A stretch of 64,000 nt of DNA, from positions 806,001 to 870,000 of the forward strand of contig JBHGNT010000007.1 of assembly GCA_043228905.1 (NCBI GenBank). The letters run 5' to 3'. Shown here in pieces: positions 25,601 through 37,289 of this stretch (positions within the stretch are counted from its first letter, which is position 1; each line of letters opens with the position of its first letter). The notes under the pieces are model-generated. The model worked only from the letters and a program-made list of their open reading frames with translations, was not told the origin of the DNA and did no database searches. The stretch is from Azolla caroliniana (lineage: Eukaryota > Plantae > Polypodiophyta). Both the position numbers and the translations under genes were made by a program.

Positions 25601-27558
25601 TGACTTTGCCATTGGCGCCATCTTATCCCAGGCAGATGACAAAAACCTAATGCACCCAGTGGCTTACTATTCCCAAAAATTTACGGCATCCGAAATCAAT
25701 TATCCCATTTACGACAAGGAGCTTGCTGCTATCATTGCTGCCTTTGAAGAATGGCGACCCTACTTGGCCGGCGCACAACATCGTGTCCAGGTAGTGACTG
25801 ATCATAAAAATTTAGTTTATTTTTCCACCACTCGTACTTTGAATCGAAGGCAGGTCCGTTGGTCGACATTTCTCGCCGACTACAATTTTGAGATCGTATT
25901 TCGACCTGGTGGCCAACATGGGAAGGCTGATGCCCTTTCTCGCCGAGCTGACCTTGCACTCTGCCCTGGGGATGCTGCTTATGCTCAACAATCTAGATGT
26001 TTGTTGAAACTCGACCAATTGCATCTTTTTGCCACTTGTATGTTGCAGGATGATTCTTTACTCCAACAAATCACTGATGCATCCAAGACCGATGTGTTCG
26101 CCAACGAGATTCGAGATAGTCTGCAAAACCCCTCCAAGGCGACCAAAAGGAAGGATCTTGACACCTTCACCATACAAGAGGGTTTGTTGTTCCGAGATCA
26201 TCTCTTATACGTCCTAGAGGGCCCATGTCGCACCCGGGTGTTGCGGGAATGCCACGATGACCCACTTGCAGGTCATTTCGGGGTTGTGAAAACCCTCGAG
26301 CTAATCTCTCGGGGGTATTGGTGGCCACAACCATGGAAGTTGGTCAAAGAATATATAAAGAGTTGTGAGGTTTGTGCTCGCTACAAAGCCATTCATCATT
26401 GGCCATACGACTTACTACAGCCACTTCCATGTCCTCGTCGTCCTTGGGCCTCTATCTCTATGGACCTGATAACTGATCTACCCTTGGTCAATAGCTATGA
26501 CTCGGTGTTGGTCGTTGTCGATCGGTTTACGAAGATGGCTCACTTCACTCCCTTTTTTGCCAACTACGGTTTACATCCTTGCTTCAACATTTCCCTTCCT
26601 ACCACTTCCGTGAACCCTTCGGCGGAGGATCGCGCCCGCATTTTGGAAGAACTACATCATGATTTATCCTTGGGGCTTAGTCTTGCTAGTGAACGATACA
26701 AGAAGCAGGCTGATCACCATCGATCTTCCACTCCACACTTTGTCGTTGGAGACATGGTCTGGTTGTTACGTCGACACATCTCTACTACTCATCCATGTGT
26801 GAAACTTGATTACAAGAAGTTGGGACCATTGCGTATCATCGAGTGCATCAATCCCGTCGCCTTCCGGCTCGCCCTTCCATCCCACTTCTGGATTCACGAT
26901 GTTTTTCATGTCTCCCTCCTCGAACCCCATTATGCTTCACAACTCCTAGGACGTCAAGCCCCACCACCACCACCTGTGCAATTGACGACAGGGGAGGAAT
27001 ACGAGGTCGACCAAATCCTTGACTCGTGTTGGCACCGTCGACACTTGCAATACCTCGTCCTATGGAGGGGTTACCCCATGTTTGAGGCCACATGGGAACC
27101 ATCGGCAAATTTACAAAATGCCCCAGAGGTCGTCCAAGATTTTCATCACCGATATCCTCACAAACCAGCGGCCGATTTGGGAAGGCGGCGTAGGAGGGGG
27201 GATAATGTCAAGATTCGAACTCTTGACACGACCATGTTATAATCTAGTATTATGAGTTAACCAAGATATCTAGTATTAGTTATGTATGTAATTGGTCCTT
27301 ATTATTTTGCTAGCATCATGTGCATAGTTGCTCTGTTGTAGTATTTACACTTGGCACATGCATGCATACCTACATGCTCTATTGTAGATTCACATGCGTA
27401 CAACAAGTATGCATGCCATGTAGTATAAATCGAGGAGTTCACCTTGTAGGAATTCAAGGTGAACAACACCAATTATGGAGTCTTTCCTTTAATACTATCT
27501 TCTTTCTTGTCCATTTGGTTATCTTCTTGCTTGTCTCTTGAGCTTATGATCCGTGACA
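22619..27558 (+). mobile_element. Tcn1-like chromovirus element 2, inserted in a Copia LTR
   Basis: LTRs 22619-22971 and 27206-27558; TSD GTTGC/GTTGG (1 mismatch); PPT AGGAGGGGGG; frameshifted gag from ~23022; pol 24027-27242. Confidence 0.93.
24027..27242 (+). CDS. pol: Pol of Tcn1-like element 2, open but with an in-frame deletion of the integrase core
   Basis: LLDSGA, YLDDIL, ETDASDFAIG, chromodomain EYEVDQILDS; KMAHF joins directly to TPFFANY (about 111 aa missing relative to element 1). Confidence 0.88.
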   Translation: MQLDISRRPHSLGSIAGPSGNFTLEVWLLFNSSSIQSVALLDSGASSCFIDVAFAQAHGLPVIGLSKPIPVEAIDGCVLSSGAITQATIPLGLRVGSHQEELTFYLIASPRHPIVLGLTLLEAHNPIVYWCNCTITFSKPRCSCKSMKVNLVSYPSETVDSELTTPASVQDGFVCGAISNTLHVIPEKYQHFSDVFEKCNADRLPEHRLYDCPIDLQEGVCPPFGPLYALSAPELKALRVYLDENLEKGFIQPSKSLARAPILFVKKKDDSLRLCVDYRGLNKLTVRNRYLLPLIPELLDRLRVAHVFSKVDLRGTYNLVRIKPGDEWKTAFRTRYGHFEYKVMPFGLTNAPVVFQHMMNDIFREYLDLFVVIYLDDILIFSPNMEEHTHQVRLVLAKLRENGLYAKGEKCEFDRTSIEFLGYIISPTSITMDMKKVSVIQAWATPRRLKDVQSFLCFANFYRCFIKGFSTLAQPLIALTHKGTPFLWTSEAQNAFDSLKHAFITASVLLHAYPTKPFQVETDASDFAIGAILSQADDKNLMHPVAYYSQKFTASEINYPIYDKELAAIIAAFEEWRPYLAGAQHRVQVVTDHKNLVYFSTTRTLNRRQVRWSTFLADYNFEIVFRPGGQHGKADALSRRADLALCPGDAAYAQQSRCLLKLDQLHLFATCMLQDDSLLQQITDASKTDVFANEIRDSLQNPSKATKRKDLDTFTIQEGLLFRDHLLYVLEGPCRTRVLRECHDDPLAGHFGVVKTLELISRGYWWPQPWKLVKEYIKSCEVCARYKAIHHWPYDLLQPLPCPRRPWASISMDLITDLPLVNSYDSVLVVVDRFTKMAHFTPFFANYGLHPCFNISLPTTSVNPSAEDRARILEELHHDLSLGLSLASERYKKQADHHRSSTPHFVVGDMVWLLRRHISTTHPCVKLDYKKLGPLRIIECINPVAFRLALPSHFWIHDVFHVSLLEPHYASQLLGRQAPPPPPVQLTTGEEYEVDQILDSCWHRRHLQYLVLWRGYPMFEATWEPSANLQNAPEVVQDFHHRYPHKPAADLGRRRRRGDNVKIRTLDTTML

Positions 27559-27935
27559 GTTGGTTCTGAGTCTCAAATTGTTGTACCTCTCCTCTATAGT
27601 GATCCTGTTTAGAGTTCTGAGAACTGTCGTGGTTTTTCCCGATTAGGGTTTTCCACGTTAACATCCTCTGTCATGTTGTCTTAATTGTATAAGTGCATTC
27701 TATCTATTGTTTTATTTCTCGTTTCTTCCATCGAGAGATTGAGACTCGGTTGTGGCCGAGCACTCTTTCTATCCATTTGGTATCATAGCATGGAAGATCC
27801 ATTTGGCGACATGTTCAAGTTCATCGGCTCCAATTACCCAGTGTGGAAGTCGAAGATAAGGGTCATGTTCATGGTCAAAGATCTTTGGATGCCGGTATAG
27901 TTTGGAGACAAAAGACCAGATAAAATCGATGCCGC

Positions 27936-28714
27936 TATCATGAAATATATGTCACTATGTGCGGATCGTGAGGCGGAACCGCCAGGGTTATGGAATGGAA
28001 GGAATTACAGCTCACACACACAACACAATCAAGATTTACACATAAGACACATAGATGAAAGAAATCATTCGTTTATGTCAAAATAATAGATTCTTTTATA
28101 ATATAAGAATCATGTTACAACGGGTTGGATGTGAATATGAAGGATTGTTTATAAAGGAATGGGGGAAGAGAGGTGGAGAAAAGAAGAGAGTGGAATATAG
28201 GAGTTCTTTTGTTGATGGTGCCTCTTGATGTTGTTGATCCTTTTTCTTATGCGTTCCAATTGAGTAGAGCTTCCATGTTCCTCCTCCCTCCGCCCTTCTT
28301 CTTAAAATGAGCTCATATTATAGGTTTAGGATTTCTTGCTTCCTTTCTCTCTTTTTTCGTAAAAGTTTGTCTATATAAGTTGAGTTTCTATTTATCACTA
28401 TTTCTGTTCTGTAATGTCAAATCTGACATGCAAGATATTCTTAGAAAGCTCTTTCTAGTAGCGTTCTTATGCATATTTCCTTTTCTAATTTGGACATTGG
28501 GTGAGGAAATTACGAGCTTTTTACTTGACCTTGCTCCTCATATCCACGCCTAGCTTTTCTTTTCCCATCTTTTTCTCTACTTTCGAAAACCACTTCTAAC
28601 TTTTTATCCTTTCATTTATTACAATAGTTGATTTAACAACATTAGTTTATTTGGACTACTATTTTATTCTCTTTTGAGGGTGGTTTTGCACTATGTGTTG
28701 AAAACATCAGGACA
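27936..28714. mobile_element. Probable solo LTR (~780 bp) inside Copia gag
   Basis: TATCATGA..TCAGGACA ends, CCGC on both sides; gag reading resumes after it. Confidence 0.65.
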
Positions 28715-28792
28715 CCGCGAACTGGGGGTGATGCATATGAAGACGACGACATACATTCGATGCTTCATCGACATGAGCCTGTACAACAACTT

Positions 28793-28987
28793 TTAAAGCC
28801 TCAATTTTAAACAGGAATTCGATACGGCGTACCGAGTTCTTATTTAAAGGCCTCTCCTTACACACAAGCTCGATACGACGTATCAAGTTTGTGTTTCCAA
28901 TAGAGCTTTAAACACAAACTCGATACACCTTTAAAAAGGAACTCGATACGCCGTATCGAGTTCTTGTTTAAAATAGAGGCTTTTAAA
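28793..28987. repeat. Foldback of ~55-bp inverted repeats containing nested palindromes (MITE or DNA-transposon subterminal-like)
   Basis: 28796-28850 is the near reverse complement of 28928-28983; perfect palindrome GAACTCGATACG-C-CGTATCGAGTTC at 28939-28963, with 3 degenerate copies. Confidence 0.75.
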
Positions 28988-30499
28988 CAATCAAGTTTGT
29001 GTTTGAATCAGGACCTATGTATATTTGGACATGGCTGGAAAAGATACAAAACATGAAGTGTCTGTATAGTTAGGTGCATACCTGGAGTCCGTGTGCTCAA
29101 TCTTCTTGGAAGACATGATTTTCGTGCTTGCTGGTGATAGGGAGATGGTCGCGTGCTCTTGCGTTTGTGATACTCTGTGTGCTCTTGGGCTCTAAGTGCT
29201 CTATGTGCTCGATTGCGCGTGTGAGATCCCATAAATGACGAGGTCCTCCTATTTATAGGGCTTTAAAACCATGGTTAAAGTAACTATAGTTAGTCTTCCA
29301 AAGTTGGTTTACATGCAAGTTAGTTCCCCTACATTAGCTAGTTGTTAGTACAGTTTGGTTAGTACAAAGTCACGACATAGGGGATTAGCACTAAATGATT
29401 ATGAACTTATGATTAAAGTGAAATAAATAAAGGAATAAATTAATATATCTCCCAGATGGGGGATTAACACTTCCAAATGATTATGATCTTCATGAATGAA
29501 CCAATGATTGAAGACTGGAAACAAACATATTTATGACTCTCTAATGGTTATGAATGTATACTATATGTATGTAAAGTCTATATATATTTTATTTAATACA
29601 CATTATGGGAATAGCAAGTTGATTTACACATGGGGAATGACACTTTTAAATGATTGTGATCTTCATTATTGAACTATTTGTAATAATATACTATTTGTAT
29701 ACAGTAAATTAAATTTTAAATATAGACTATATAATTAATAAGGTACAAAATAAAATTTATGTCCATTATAATGACAAATGTATAGATTTATTTATATAAT
29801 TAATAAAATATATTTTATATAATAATAATATCTTTCTTTATAATATTATTTGTTTATTTTATATAATAATAAATAATATAGACATTAAATTGAGGGAGCT
29901 TATGTATATAGAGGCACTTATCATTTGTTTCAATCTCTTATATTAGATTAAGCACATAATTTTGAGACCTTTTATGGAACTTAAGCCATTAGTGAAAACT
30001 CACCGTTTTTGGTTGAAGAGTATTGTCTGTCGACAAATACATCATATTCCGTCGAAGAAGATTGTTTGAGCTCATCTTCTCCTATACCTCATGTGAATAA
30101 CGACTCATGTGAAGAGTTCTCTATCGAAGAATACGATGTCAATAAAGATACAAACAATGAAGGTAATGCCAATGAAACATCGAAGATCATGGGTGGTCAA
30201 CCTAACAACAACGTAATTGACTCTAATGTGGCTACCCCTATTTCTACTCAAGAAAAGAAATCGTGAAGCCCTATGCATCTTAGAAGAATCCCACGTAGAA
30301 TTCATTTGGCTAGATTTAACTTGGTGACATCAGATAAGCAACTTGGATTTGAGGATTGGATTATGAGACATCAAATAGGATATATTGGATTTCGATGCTT
30401 GAATGAACGATAGAAGAGTAGATATCACGACTCCACCATAAGTTTATAGGTCCAAGATTGTCTCTTTGTCTATAGTAATATTATTCTTGATAGTACTTA

Positions 30500-30730
30500 A
30501 TACTACAAGGTGTCCTCTTACTTGGCATGAGTATGAATCACAAAGTATAGATTGGATAGGTGGTTCTGTTGGCCATTATATAAAGTGAACAAATTGTCGT
30601 GGAATATCAAATGTCATGTATGGCTAACCATCCTCATGGAATGTTTGCTAGACAACACGAGTATCAATCACGAGGTTAGGATGCGATACTACTAGAGTGG
30701 CAAGGTTGGTTGGTCTATAAAGTGAATAAA
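30500..30730 (-). repeat. Remnant of the repeat-array family, same orientation as 60830-63540
   Basis: CCTCTTACTTGGCATGAGTAT..ATAAAGTGAAC matches 63360-63450 and 62460-62530. Confidence 0.7.
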
Positions 30731-30779
30731 GCATCATCGAGTTTACATCCTTCCGAAATATCCTATATATTCTCGAATA

Positions 30780-30926
30780 TCAAAGTTGTTAAACCATTTT
30801 ATGGCACTCCTGGATTTGGAACTTGTCCAAGGATCAATCTGAAATATCCTAAGTGTAAACTAGGAATGTGGAGATTGTTGCCAAAATGGGAGAGACGATT
30901 TACCTGGTACAATATGAGTGATCTAT
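30780..30926 (-). pseudogene. 5' fragment of a paralog of the 490-aa membrane gene
   Basis: Aligns to 60470-60616 (TAAACC.TTTTATGGC.CTCC..GATTTGG, CCTGGTACAATATGAGT); start ATG changed to ATA; upstream homology continues at 30927-31018, 31693-31722, 38647-38700 and 45437-46405. Confidence 0.8.
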
Positions 30927-31018
30927 ACTATTATTATTCAATAATGTTGCGCACAGTTCCAAATCTGACTTATATCTATAAGTATTATATGTTTAAACCC
31001 CCTTATTTCCCTCACAAC

Positions 31019-31290
31019 TGTAAGGACTACACGCTCTCTAAGACAACGCTCGGCTACAACCGAGTCTAGGATCAAACACAGAAAACGGGTAATGTACGCA
31101 CGACACAATAAAGAGAAGAGTACACAGGATGTTTACGTCGAAAACCCAAACACGGGAAAAACCACGATAGTCCACAGATTGCAAACTATCACTATGTTAC
31201 AATATACAATAGATGAACACAGAGGCAACGACCTCTTGTTCACTGTCTTCGCCACAAGCGGCGGTTACAACAGAGACAACGTCCTCTTCG

Positions 31291-31323
<33 letters not shown>

Positions 31324-31692
31324 ACGGTTGCACTCAAATCTTGCACCAACAAGAATGGCAACTACACTATGTTTGCCCTAAGTCATATTTATACTAATAT
31401 GACTTTTTGGCTATTTACAAATATAGCCCCAATGGACTCTCAGAAACATATTTACGAATATGTCCCTTCATCCGGTGAGCACTCCTCACCGGGCCTACAT
31501 CATCCGGCTCTTGCCGGGCACTCGTCATCCGGTTCTCACCGGGTCTGCAACATCTGGTTCTCACCGGGTCTTCCTTGCCGGGTACTTGTCATCTGGTTCT
31601 CACAGGGTCTTCCGTTGCCGGGTACTCCACATCTGGATTCTCATCAACACTGTTCTTCTCACTTCCCATCTGGAGGGACCTATTTCCTAACA
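31019..31692 (-). mobile_element. Solo LTR of the Tork-like Copia family
   Basis: TG..CA; shares CGGCTACAACCGAG, GCCCTAAGTCATATTTATAC and GGAGGGACC motifs with LTRs at 40282 and 49893; absent from the paralogous site near 60730; TSD degenerate. Confidence 0.8.
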
Positions 31693-31999
31693 ACTCATTA
31701 TTATTGAAGATAATTTAGGTTTGGGTAAAAGCATGCGAGTGGAAACACTATTATAGCTAATTAGCTACTAAAATGGCCACAACTAATTAGCTATTTGTTT
31801 AGCTAGTTTTTTGTGGGAAAATCATAAGGATGGTTTACGACATTTTATGTTTTATTAGTTAAATACATGTAATTTAATTGATGAGAATACTCAAATATTT
31901 GAACTTTGGTTTCTGACATAGTGGAACATGGGGAATAGTGCCATCATCTAAGGTCGACTTGAATGTCATCAAATTCTTGATAATCCTGAGTTCAAGTTC

Positions 32000-33938
32000 G
32001 AACTCCAAATAGAGGGAGTACTCTGAGCATGAATGCAGATGAAGCCCCCGCAGCAGCACAAAAACTCCGAGATCGACATTGCACCTTCAGAACTACAACA
32101 CACGAGCTAGTCGATCCTCGTCCAGGTATGTATTAGTTACATATTAAATCAACTTATTTTTTCCTAATTTATAACTGTCTGTAACTTTGGTGCCTGTTCA
32201 TCTTTCCCAAAAATTGAATAGGGCGAAGTCGTTGGAGTCCCAAACAAGGATGTCTCGAAGATCAGGGTATAGCAACAAGTGTGTTTCTGATTGACAGATT
32301 TCCGTAGTATGGTTGATTTCTGCCTTTAGTGATGATTAGGGTTTGTGTTTCCCTTCAGTGGTTTAGGGTTTCTGACTACAAATTTCAGATTGCAAGTTTC
32401 TGGTTACAAATTTCTGATTACTGTCGCAATCTGTTGTAATTTTGCACCAATTCTCATGACAAATTCTGATTAGGGTTTCTGATTTTTTAAGTGGTTGAAA
32501 CGGACAGATTACAAATTTCAGATTACTGTCTCAAAGTGTTGTAATTTTGCACCAAATTCACATTAAAAATTCTGTTTTTGCACCAATTCTTACTACTGGT
32601 TTTCTATTTCAGGTGGCTCGTTCCTCCCTATCCTAGAGTGCTGAACTTCGCAAAATTTTGCGAGACAAAGGAGGACTTTCACAACATATATGGTTTGTCG
32701 CTTGAGGGTATTGATTCTGCTGTTCAAACGGATAGATTGATTAGTGATGTAGACTGGATGTCAGTATATAAATTGTCTAGAGTGAAAGGCAAGGTCAAGC
32801 TCAATCATGTCCGATCGGACCTATACGACGGCTGCATGAGATTGCACCAGAAAGTACATCAAGAGATCCCGGTCGACAAAGAGTTGTCCATTTCATTTTC
32901 CAGAGCTTTTGCATACGAGTATTACAAAACAACGAAGGAATCTCGTGACCCTAAAATGTACAGGGTAGCTTGGGCAATTTATGGTGAGGCATCGGTAGAA
33001 AGCTGTCGGAAGATGGGGAGCTTGCAACAAAGAATGGCAAGATTTTGGAGCATGGCAGTTGATGATGCAATTGCCAACTCCCAACAAACCCGAAAGTATA
33101 CGCCACACCGACACACAATGAAAGCCAATGTCGATGATACAGGTGAGACATTGATTAGCTATATGCTAAAAAATGTCCATGAAGCCTGTGAGACATTGGA
33201 GTTTTTTAAGACTGATTTAGAGAAAGCAACATTGGTTGTTGCGATGGAGAGCAAAGTCACTTTGGCAGTTACAACAATCAGAAATAAGATTCAGGTACCT
33301 ATTGTTTTGCTAGTATGTAATATGTTATAAGTAACTTGTACATGAAAATGTGCTACTGAGGCATTATTTGGAACATGTTGCTCAACATGAACTTGAAATT
33401 GAGGGGTCGTTAGATCCCCAGCGGAAAATTCAACTACAGACAGAGATCAAAGTTCTTTCAATGAACCTGGACCTTCTAGGTGTAAATACTATTGTTGATT
33501 ACAATTTGGAAAAGCTACAAGTAAGTTAATGATTCTGGTTTCGTGTTGTTGTATCTTCCTCATTAAGGAATAATTAATCGGTAAATTTCTCGGCTGCGTT
33601 GAAGGAACAATACTCCCGTCAAGAACAGGTAGTTAGCTGCCTTAAGAAGCAGCTACATTTTGCGCAGGGGATGGTAAGGAGCAGACAAGATTTGGACCTG
33701 AACAGTCTTGTTCCCTTACCAAATGAAGGAGAACCAAGAAACGATATATTGATTGTTCAAGCACATTGCATCGCTTCTGGATTACGTGTAAAGGACAAAT
33801 CTACTACTCTGTTGGTTCACCTACAAGCATGCCAACACACATACCATATCGTTTGTTTTCAATATGCTTGTCGCATTGCCGCATTCTGTTAGGGGGATTG
33901 TAGTACAACTCTCCCAGATGAATGGAGAAAACACATAG
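32000..33938 (+). pseudogene. Spliced accessory gene of the DNA transposon (coiled coil plus RING-like C-terminus), degenerate
   Basis: GT-AG junctions at 32126/32221, ~32268/32612 and 33295; large exon in ORF 32578-33330; ORF 33599-33892 has CQHTYHIVC followed by further Cys residues. Confidence 0.55.
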
Positions 33939-33959
33939 GTAAAATTGTTGCTTGTGACC

Positions 33960-36320
33960 ATAGTGTAGCTAATTAGTTCCATCTTTGCTAATTAGGTAAG
34001 CTGTATAAATTGTAGAAACTATTTAGCTATTATGGTTGTAGTGTCGTCGCTAATTACCTAACATGTAGTTAATTAGCTAAGTGGTAACTATTTAGCTACT
34101 ACCATACTTTAGCTGAGTAGCTAATTAGCTACCACTTAGCTAATTAGTTACTATCATAGTTTACTACAGTAGCTAATTAGCTACTACCATACTTCAACTA
34201 AGTAGCTAATTAGCTAAGTGGTAGCTAATTAGCTAAGTGGAAGCTAATTAGCTACTACCATAGTTTAGTACAGTAGCTAATTAGCTAAGTGGTAGCTAAT
34301 TAGCTACTACCATATGTTAGCTGAGTAGCTAATTAGCTAAGTGGTACCTAATTAGGTAAGTGGTAGCTAATAAGCTACTACCATACGTTAGCTGAGTAGC
34401 TAATTAGATAAGTGGTAGCTAATTAGCTAAGTGGTAGCTAATAAGCTACTACCATAGTTTAATACACTAGCTAATTAGCTAAATGGTAGCTAATTAGCTA
34501 CTACTATAGTTTAGTACAGTAACTAATTAGCTAAGTGGTAGCTAATTACCTACTACCATAGTTTAGTACAGTAGCTAATTAGCTAAGTGGTAGATAATTA
34601 GCTACTACCATAGTTTTGTACGGTAGCTAATTAGCTAAGTGGTAGATAATTAGCTACTACCATAGTTTAGTACAGTATCTAATTAGCTAAGTGGTAGATA
34701 ATTAGCTACTACCATAGTTTTGTACGGTAGCTAATTAGCTAAGTGGTAGATAATTAGCTACTACCATAGTTTAGTACAGTATCTAATTAGCTAAGTGGTA
34801 GCTAATTACCTACTGCCATACTTTAGTTGAGTAGCTAATTAGCTAAGTGGTAGCTAATTAGCTACTACCAAATTTAATACATTAGCTAAATGGTAGCTAA
34901 TTAGCTACTACCATAGTTTGGTACTGGAGCTAATTAGCTATTACTATATTTTAGTGTAGTAGCTAATTAGCTAAGTGGTAGCTAATTAGCTACTACCATA
35001 GTTTAGTGCAGTAGCTAATTAGCTACTAGCATATTTTAATACAATAGCTAACTAGCTAAGTGGTAGCTAACTACTAACATAGTTTAGTACAGTAGCTAAT
35101 TAGCTACAAACATAGTTTAGTGCAACAACTAATTAGCTAAGTGGTAGCTAGTTAGTTACTAGCATAGTTTAATACAATAGCTAATTAGCTAAGTGGTAGC
35201 TAATTAGCTACTACCATAGTTTAGTGCAGTAGCTAATTAGCTACTAGCATATTTTAATACAATAGCTAACTAGCTAAGTGGTAGCTAACTACTAACATAG
35301 TTTAGTACAGTAGCTAATTAGCTACAACCATAGTTTAGTGCAACAACTAATTAGTTTAGTGGTAGCTAGTTAGTTACTAGCATAGTTTAATACAATAGCT
35401 AATTAGCTATTAGCATAGTTTAGTACAATAGCTAATTAGCTGTTATGTACACATAACGTTGGTGAGGGTAGGTCACTAATATTTACATTAGTGAAGGGTA
35501 TGTTCACTATTATTAAAAAGGGGACTAATGATTGGATAGAATGAATGATATGTGCATGCACTATCATGATTTAGACAACCAATGAATAGAGAGCCTTTTA
35601 GAAAGGCACCTCTATTCAAGGGGCCTAGGAAAAGGTATAAATATGAGGCTTAGCTACCCTCATAGAGATCATCACGTCGGAAGGCTGCTGTCGTAGACAC
35701 CGGTGGTGCGGGCTAGGCTTTCGTCTCGACGATCGTGTTTATCTCTTCCAAGGTATTAGTCATCCTAATATCCGGCGGTATGGGACGTCGGTGGTAGGTT
35801 GGCTATGTCTAGATCATAGCTCGGGGGTGGTCGGGTGGAACGGGTTCTTCTATCCAATCTATTTTCTTCCTTTTTACTTGATTTGGTCTATTGATTAGTA
35901 ATAGACTCTTAACATTAGCTAACTGGTAGCTAAATAACTACTACCATACTTCAGCTGAGTAGCTAATTAGCTAAGTGGTCGCTAATTAGCTACTACCATA
36001 CTTTAGCTAAGTAGCAAATTAGCTACTACCTTACTTTAGTTATAGTGGCTAATTAGCTACTACCATACTTTAGCTGAGTCGCTCATTTGCTAATTGGTAG
36101 CTAATTAACTACTATTATACTTTAGCTGAGTAGCTAATTAGCTACTACCATACTTGAATGGTAGCTAATTAGTTATTCTGGTAGCTAAATAGCTATGTTT
36201 GATATGCTTAGGGAGCTAATTAGCTATTATTGGTAGATAATTAGCTATGGGCATATTTTGAGGTAGGTAATTAGCTATTCGGGTATGGTCATATTCACAA
36301 GTAGCTAATAAGCTAACTAA
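33960..36320. repeat. Dense minisatellite of palindromic TAGCTAATTAGCTA units inside the DNA transposon
   Basis: Dozens of AGCTAATTAGCT cores in ~19-57-bp units (AGTGGTAGCTAATTAGCTACTACCATAGTTTAGTAC); interrupted by the solo LTR at 35441-35914. Confidence 0.92.
35441..35914 (+). mobile_element. Solo LTR related to the Gypsy LTR at 21047-21495
   Basis: TGTTA..TAACA; TSD TTAGC at 35436-35440 and 35915-35919; shares ATAAATATGAG..TAGCTACCC and GGTATGGGACG motifs with 21047-21495. Confidence 0.85.
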
Positions 36321-36364
36321 CTAAGCTCAAAAGTCAAAACAAATGTTGAGATAAATGTAAATAC

Positions 36365-37138
36365 TTGAGGTACATCAAGAAGATGAATGGGATGCTCCTC
36401 GTATTAACTCCTTCCAACACGTTTCCTGCATAAATCCTTCTTATTCGGTGAAACCCTACTTTCATTAGTCCAAAATATTGTGATTATATCCTTGATTTTT
36501 GATGTTATGGGTGTCATTGGCTTACATCTTGTTGTTAGCTTTAGCAGACTAGTTCCTTCACCCGAGGAAACTATTCGGTTCAATGTATTGTACACACTTT
36601 TTCTACTAACACCAATTACCTTAGAGAGGACACTGATGTTAATATCGTCAACATCACTATTAAGTAACATCATTAGACTAGACCTTTTTAAGAAAATATC
36701 ATCTTCTGACCTACTCATAGATACGAAACTATTACGGAGATTATTTACTAGTACAGATGTTATGTTTGCATTAAGACCATCACAATCAACTAACTCCTTT
36801 ATCGATGGATCATTTAATATTCCATAAGGTACTACCTTCTTGTCTTCATTATTGATGTGCTTGGTTTGAACATTGAAATAGTCTACAACCTTTCTCTCTA
36901 TGATAGTAGTCTCATTACTTCCATTCTCAGTGATATTTAGACCTATATCCCAACCTATACTATCTTTACCTTTAGTGAGTGTGGCTTTCGTGTCCTTCAA
37001 CAATTGATGATGTTTTTTTTTTTTTTTTGCCCAATACTTTCGTATCGCTTGTTGTGTCCTGATAGCGTCATCCCTATCCTGATAATCATTGAGGGGTAAT
37101 TCTAAACATCCTCCTTCCCCTTCCATTTGACTTGACAA
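36365..37138 (-). pseudogene. N-terminal part of a Sola-like transposase
   Basis: 244-aa ORF with HTH-like LSKVIGVSRKSVYN and FWTNESRVSPNKKD motif, a stop, then YEEHPIHLLDVPQ before a GT donor; no catalytic core visible. Confidence 0.6.
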
Positions 37139-37289
37139 GTTTAAACCCTAATTTTCCCGAAAAAAAGACACGTATTAAAGATGGCTATGGGTAACAACTA
37201 TACACAAAAAACAAAAATATTCCTCAATACACAAGATTATACACAACAATACACAAGATAATCAATAGACAGAATAGTTATTCAAATCC

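Larger units (their letters stand above)
22235..28795 (+). mobile_element. Truncated Tork-like Copia: 5' LTR (22235-22618 + 27564-27775), PBS and gag 5' fragment
   Basis: TGTTG start, GACTCGGTTGTGGCCGAGCA U5 motif shared with other Tork LTRs, PBS TGGTATCATAGC 27778-27789, gag MEDPFGDMFKFIGSNYPVWK..YIRCFIDMSLYNNF; carries two nested insertions. Confidence 0.85.

Noticed and set aside
29008-29232. Small basic protein gene
   Set aside because: ATG is only ~20 nt from the TATA, too close for a normal transcript; no recognisable features.
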